64,000 nucleotides of DNA, from the sequence record SRR22947727_339; one strand, 5' to 3'. Position numbers and translations under genes: made by a program. Under the pieces are notes generated by a model. The model saw only the letters and a program-made list of their open reading frames with translations. It was not told the DNA's origin and did no database searches. Positions 60,679-64,000 of this stretch are shown here, in pieces (position 1 is the first letter of the stretch; the number at the start of each line of letters is the position of its first letter).

Positions 60679-62460
60679 ATGACAAAAATGAATACTGAAG
60701 AAGCCTTTGTTAAAGTTCTCCAAATGCACGGAATTGAAAATGCATTTGGCATAATTGGATCAGCAATGATGCCAGTATCAGACTTATTTCCGCAGGCGGG
60801 TATAAAATTTTGGGACGTTGCGCATGAATGTAATGGCGGAATGATGGCCGATGGCTATACCAGAGCTTCAGGGAAAATGTCTATGGCAATTGCTCAAAAT
60901 GGACCTGGGATTACTAATTTTTTAACTCCTATAATGACAGCTTATTGGAATCATACCCCATTATTACTTGTAACGCCGCAAGCCGGAAACAACACGATGG
61001 GACAGGGAGGGTTTCAAGAAGTTCCTCAAATGCGCATGTTCTCAGATTGTGTAGCCTATCAAGAAGAGGTGTTAGACCCTACGCGAATAGCAGAAGTCTT
61101 AAACAGAGTTATACAAAGATCCCATCAGTTTAGCGCTCCTGCACAGATTAATGTACCAAGAAACTTCTGGACTCAAGTTATAGACATTGAACTTCCGCAA
61201 ATTGTAAAACTTGAACGTCCACGAGGAGGAAAGACTGCAATTACAGAAGCGGCGAACTTACTTTCTAAAGCTAAGTTTCCTGTTATATTAAATGGTGCTG
61301 GAGTTGTATTAGGTGGTGCTATTGAAGCTTCAAAAAATCTCGCTGAAAGATTAGATGCGCCCGTTTGTTTAGGCTACCAACATAATGATGCGTTCCCAGG
61401 TTCACATGAATTATGTATCGGCCCGCTAGGTTATAACGGTTCAAAAGCTGCTATGGAACTCATTGCAAAAGCCGATGTGGTTCTTGCATTAGGAACTAGG
61501 CTTAATCCATTTTCTACCTTACCGGGCTACGGAATAGATTATTGGCCTGAGTCTGCCAAAATTATTCAAGTTGACATTAATGCCGAGCGAATTGGATTAA
61601 CAAAAAAGGTTACAGTTGGCATTCAAGGGGACGCTAAAGTCGTTGCAGAACAAATTCTTAAGAAACTTAGTGATAATGCTGGTGATCATGGCCGAAGTGA
61701 GCGTAAAATTGATATATCTGAAAGTAAGTCAAGATGGGCACAGCTTTTAACATCAATGGAACATGAAGATGATGATCCAGGTACTAATTGGAATGAAAGC
61801 GCCAGAACTCGAGAGCCCGAACGTATGTCTCCTCGGGCAGCTTGGAGAGCCATTACATCTGGCTTGCCAAAAAATGCTATAATATCAACTGATATAGGTA
61901 ATAATTGTGCACTGGGTAATGCTTACCCTTATTTTGAAGAAGGCCGAAAATATTTAGCTCCAGGTATGTTTGGACCTTGTGGATATGGATTACCCGCTAT
62001 TCTTGGTGCAAAAATAGCTAAACCCGATGTGCCAGTTGTAGGATTTGCTGGAGACGGTGCATTTGGAATTTCTATGAATGAAATGACAGCTTGCGGCCGA
62101 GGTGACTGGCCTGCAATTACACAAGTTATTTTTAGAAACTATCAATGGGGCGCGGAAAAAAGAAATACGACTTTATGGTATGATAATAACTTTGTTGGCA
62201 CAGAACTCAATCTTGGTGTTGAATATGCAAAAGTAGCTGAAGCCTGTGGCCTTAGAGGATTGCAAGTTACTACAATGACTGAATTAACCGAAGCCATAAG
62301 GGAGGGTGTACGCCTTCAAATGGAAGAGAATATAACAACGTTTATAGAATGCGTTTTAAATCAAGAATTAGGGGAACCCTTCCGAAGAGATGCCATGAAG
62401 AAACCTGTTAAAGTTGCTGGAATAAACCTAGAAGACATGAAACCTCAAATAGGCGGGTAA
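60679..62460 (+). CDS. xsc: Sulfoacetaldehyde acetyltransferase
   Basis: EEAFVKVLQMHGIE.AFGIIGSA, the TPP motif GDGAFG...N, NYQWGAEK and ELGEPFRRDAM. Confidence 0.95.
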   Translation: MTKMNTEEAFVKVLQMHGIENAFGIIGSAMMPVSDLFPQAGIKFWDVAHECNGGMMADGYTRASGKMSMAIAQNGPGITNFLTPIMTAYWNHTPLLLVTPQAGNNTMGQGGFQEVPQMRMFSDCVAYQEEVLDPTRIAEVLNRVIQRSHQFSAPAQINVPRNFWTQVIDIELPQIVKLERPRGGKTAITEAANLLSKAKFPVILNGAGVVLGGAIEASKNLAERLDAPVCLGYQHNDAFPGSHELCIGPLGYNGSKAAMELIAKADVVLALGTRLNPFSTLPGYGIDYWPESAKIIQVDINAERIGLTKKVTVGIQGDAKVVAEQILKKLSDNAGDHGRSERKIDISESKSRWAQLLTSMEHEDDDPGTNWNESARTREPERMSPRAAWRAITSGLPKNAIISTDIGNNCALGNAYPYFEEGRKYLAPGMFGPCGYGLPAILGAKIAKPDVPVVGFAGDGAFGISMNEMTACGRGDWPAITQVIFRNYQWGAEKRNTTLWYDNNFVGTELNLGVEYAKVAEACGLRGLQVTTMTELTEAIREGVRLQMEENITTFIECVLNQELGEPFRRDAMKKPVKVAGINLEDMKPQIGG

Positions 62461-62474
62461 AGTTTATTTAGAGG

Positions 62475-63470
62475 ATGTTTATGAATTCCATTAATGAAAT
62501 GTTTGAGCGCGCAAAGTCATCGCCTAAACATATAGTTCTTGCCGAAGGTACTGATCAGAGAATTATAGATGCTGCCATAAAAGCAGTTAATAAAAAGATA
62601 GCAAAAATAACACTTCTTGGTGATGAAAAAACTATACGAACCCTGCTTTCAAAATCCGGTGACACACACCAGGAAATTTTAGTAATAAATCCAATTCTGT
62701 CGTATGAAATGTTTCTGGAAGATTTTTGTAATTTAAAAGTTACCAAAAGTATCAACTTAGAAACTGCTAAATCAGAACTTAAAAGGCCTTTAAATTTTGC
62801 AAACATGATGGTCCGAAAAGGATTAGCAGATGGTTCTGTTGCGGGAGCAACCCACACCTCAAAAGAAGTTATTGTGTCGGCACTAAAAATTATAGGTACA
62901 AAAATACCAGAGGGACTTATTTCCAGTTCTTTCATTATGCAGATGCCTCATAATTCAAAAGCATTAAAAGGAGCTGTTATTTTTTCTGACGGAGGAGTGG
63001 TTATAGATCCAAATGCACATGAGTTAGCTCAAATAACAATCGCATCTTCTGAAACTGCTAAATCTTTATTAAATCTGGAGCCTAAAATTGCGCTACTATC
63101 ATTTTCTACACATAAAAGCGCCAATCATCCGCATGTAGATAAAATATGTGATGCATTAAAATTAGTTAAAACTCTCAACCCAAAATTAAAGGTAGATGGA
63201 CCGCTACAATTTGATACTGCTATAATACCCTCAGTAGCTAGTAAAAAAGCACCTACCTCTAGTATAGCAGGTAATGCAAATATATTTATTTTTCCTGATT
63301 TAAACTCAGGAAATATAGCTTATAAAATCACTGAACGCCTAGGAGGAGCAAAAGCTATTGGGCCTATACTTCAGGGTCTTAATCAACCCGCAAATGATTT
63401 ATCTCGTGGTTCTGATGTTGAAGCAATATTTAATATGGTTATGGTGACTGTACTTCAAGCTCAGGCTTGA
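62475..63470 (+). CDS. pta: Phosphate acetyltransferase
   Basis: LAEG.D.R, LLSFST, DGPLQFDTA, FPDLNSGNIAYK and GPILQG..P.NDLSRG; follows xsc. Confidence 0.93.
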   Translation: MFMNSINEMFERAKSSPKHIVLAEGTDQRIIDAAIKAVNKKIAKITLLGDEKTIRTLLSKSGDTHQEILVINPILSYEMFLEDFCNLKVTKSINLETAKSELKRPLNFANMMVRKGLADGSVAGATHTSKEVIVSALKIIGTKIPEGLISSSFIMQMPHNSKALKGAVIFSDGGVVIDPNAHELAQITIASSETAKSLLNLEPKIALLSFSTHKSANHPHVDKICDALKLVKTLNPKLKVDGPLQFDTAIIPSVASKKAPTSSIAGNANIFIFPDLNSGNIAYKITERLGGAKAIGPILQGLNQPANDLSRGSDVEAIFNMVMVTVLQAQA

Positions 63471-63488
63471 GGTGGGGGGGTATAATTA

Positions 63489-64000
63489 ATGCAAGCAAAA
63501 ATATCAGAATTTAAAAATCATACTCCAGGTCTTGTTGTTTGCATTTTTACAGGAATTCTTGCCGCCTTTATATCAAAGGTAACAATGATACCTGTAATGT
63601 TGCTTGCCATTATAATTGGATTATTGCTGCATGCTTTAAATTCAGTTTCTATTTTTAAAGATGGAATAAATTGGAGCTCGCGTGGCTTACTTTATATTGG
63701 GGTTGCATTAATGGGTCTACGTATAGATTTAACCGATCTATCCCAGATAGGTTTCATGGCTCCACTTTTTGTTATTATAACACTTATAATAATGCTTCCA
63801 GTAGGTTATTTAATAGCTAGAGTTTTAGGGCAGCCAAAAGATTTTTCAATTCTCATGAGCGGCGCCGTTGGAATATGCGGCGTATCAGCCGCTGCTGCAA
63901 TTTACTCTGCTCTGGAGGATAACCCGCTTCGTGATGCTCAACTTGCAATTACTGTTGCAGGCATAACTGTTCTATCTACATTAGCTATGCTTCTATATCC
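63489..64000 (+). CDS. YeiH/TauZ family putative sulfite/sulfate exporter, 3'-truncated by the window edge
   Basis: Not in the ORF track. ATG 63489 opens MQAKISEFKNHTPGLVVCIFTG...MLLAIIIG...GVALMG...GAVGICGVSAAAA, which is hydrophobic with a YeiH-type ICG.SA motif; follows xsc-pta. Confidence 0.8.
   Translation, partial: MQAKISEFKNHTPGLVVCIFTGILAAFISKVTMIPVMLLAIIIGLLLHALNSVSIFKDGINWSSRGLLYIGVALMGLRIDLTDLSQIGFMAPLFVIITLIIMLPVGYLIARVLGQPKDFSILMSGAVGICGVSAAAAIYSALEDNPLRDAQLAITVAGITVLSTLAMLLY

Noticed and set aside
790-62935. Numerous 60-145 aa ORFs antisense to or nested in long genes (e.g. 790-1104, 25041-25475, 34253-34624, 41505-41855, 62555-62935)
   Set aside because: They overlap well-supported genes and show no motifs, consistent with shadow ORFs. 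None is a credible RiPP precursor for the halogenase locus.
1-64000. CRISPR arrays, tRNA/rRNA genes, IS elements, prophage or anti-phage defence systems
   Set aside because: All intergenic gaps are under about 270 bp with no repeat-spacer or cloverleaf patterns, and no integrase or transposase is present. AddAB and the exported SNase have ordinary explanations.

Overview
This is a densely packed, visibly AT-rich chromosomal segment from an alphaproteobacterium. A DivL-type pseudokinase, AddAB, a PTS EIIA/HPr pair and a Cys-poor AccD suggest a Caulobacterales/Hyphomonadaceae-like, probably streamlined marine lineage (inference). I call about 53 CDSs and found no tRNA, rRNA, CRISPR array, integrase or transposase. 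1-45 kb is mostly housekeeping: leucine catabolism (mccB-mccA-ivd), selO, lipid enzymes, uup, xseB-ispA-dxs-tlyA, ccmFGHI, accD-folC, trxA-addAB-murU-amgK-tsaE, divL, glmM and ubiB, in a reshuffled version of the usual alphaproteobacterial order. 46-56 kb is an accessory-looking locus and the best candidate for an undescribed system: a coupled S9 peptidase-aldehyde dehydrogenase-secreted nuclease unit sits divergent from a Cys-rich TonB-dependent receptor, followed by a sulfotransferase-fold protein and a convergent flavin-dependent halogenase. 56-64 kb is a taurine catabolism cluster (betB-like ALDH, tpa, tauR, xsc, pta, tauZ-like) with a shared 23-bp-period direct repeat in the tpa and xsc promoters. 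All calls rest on motif recognition by eye; no searches were run.
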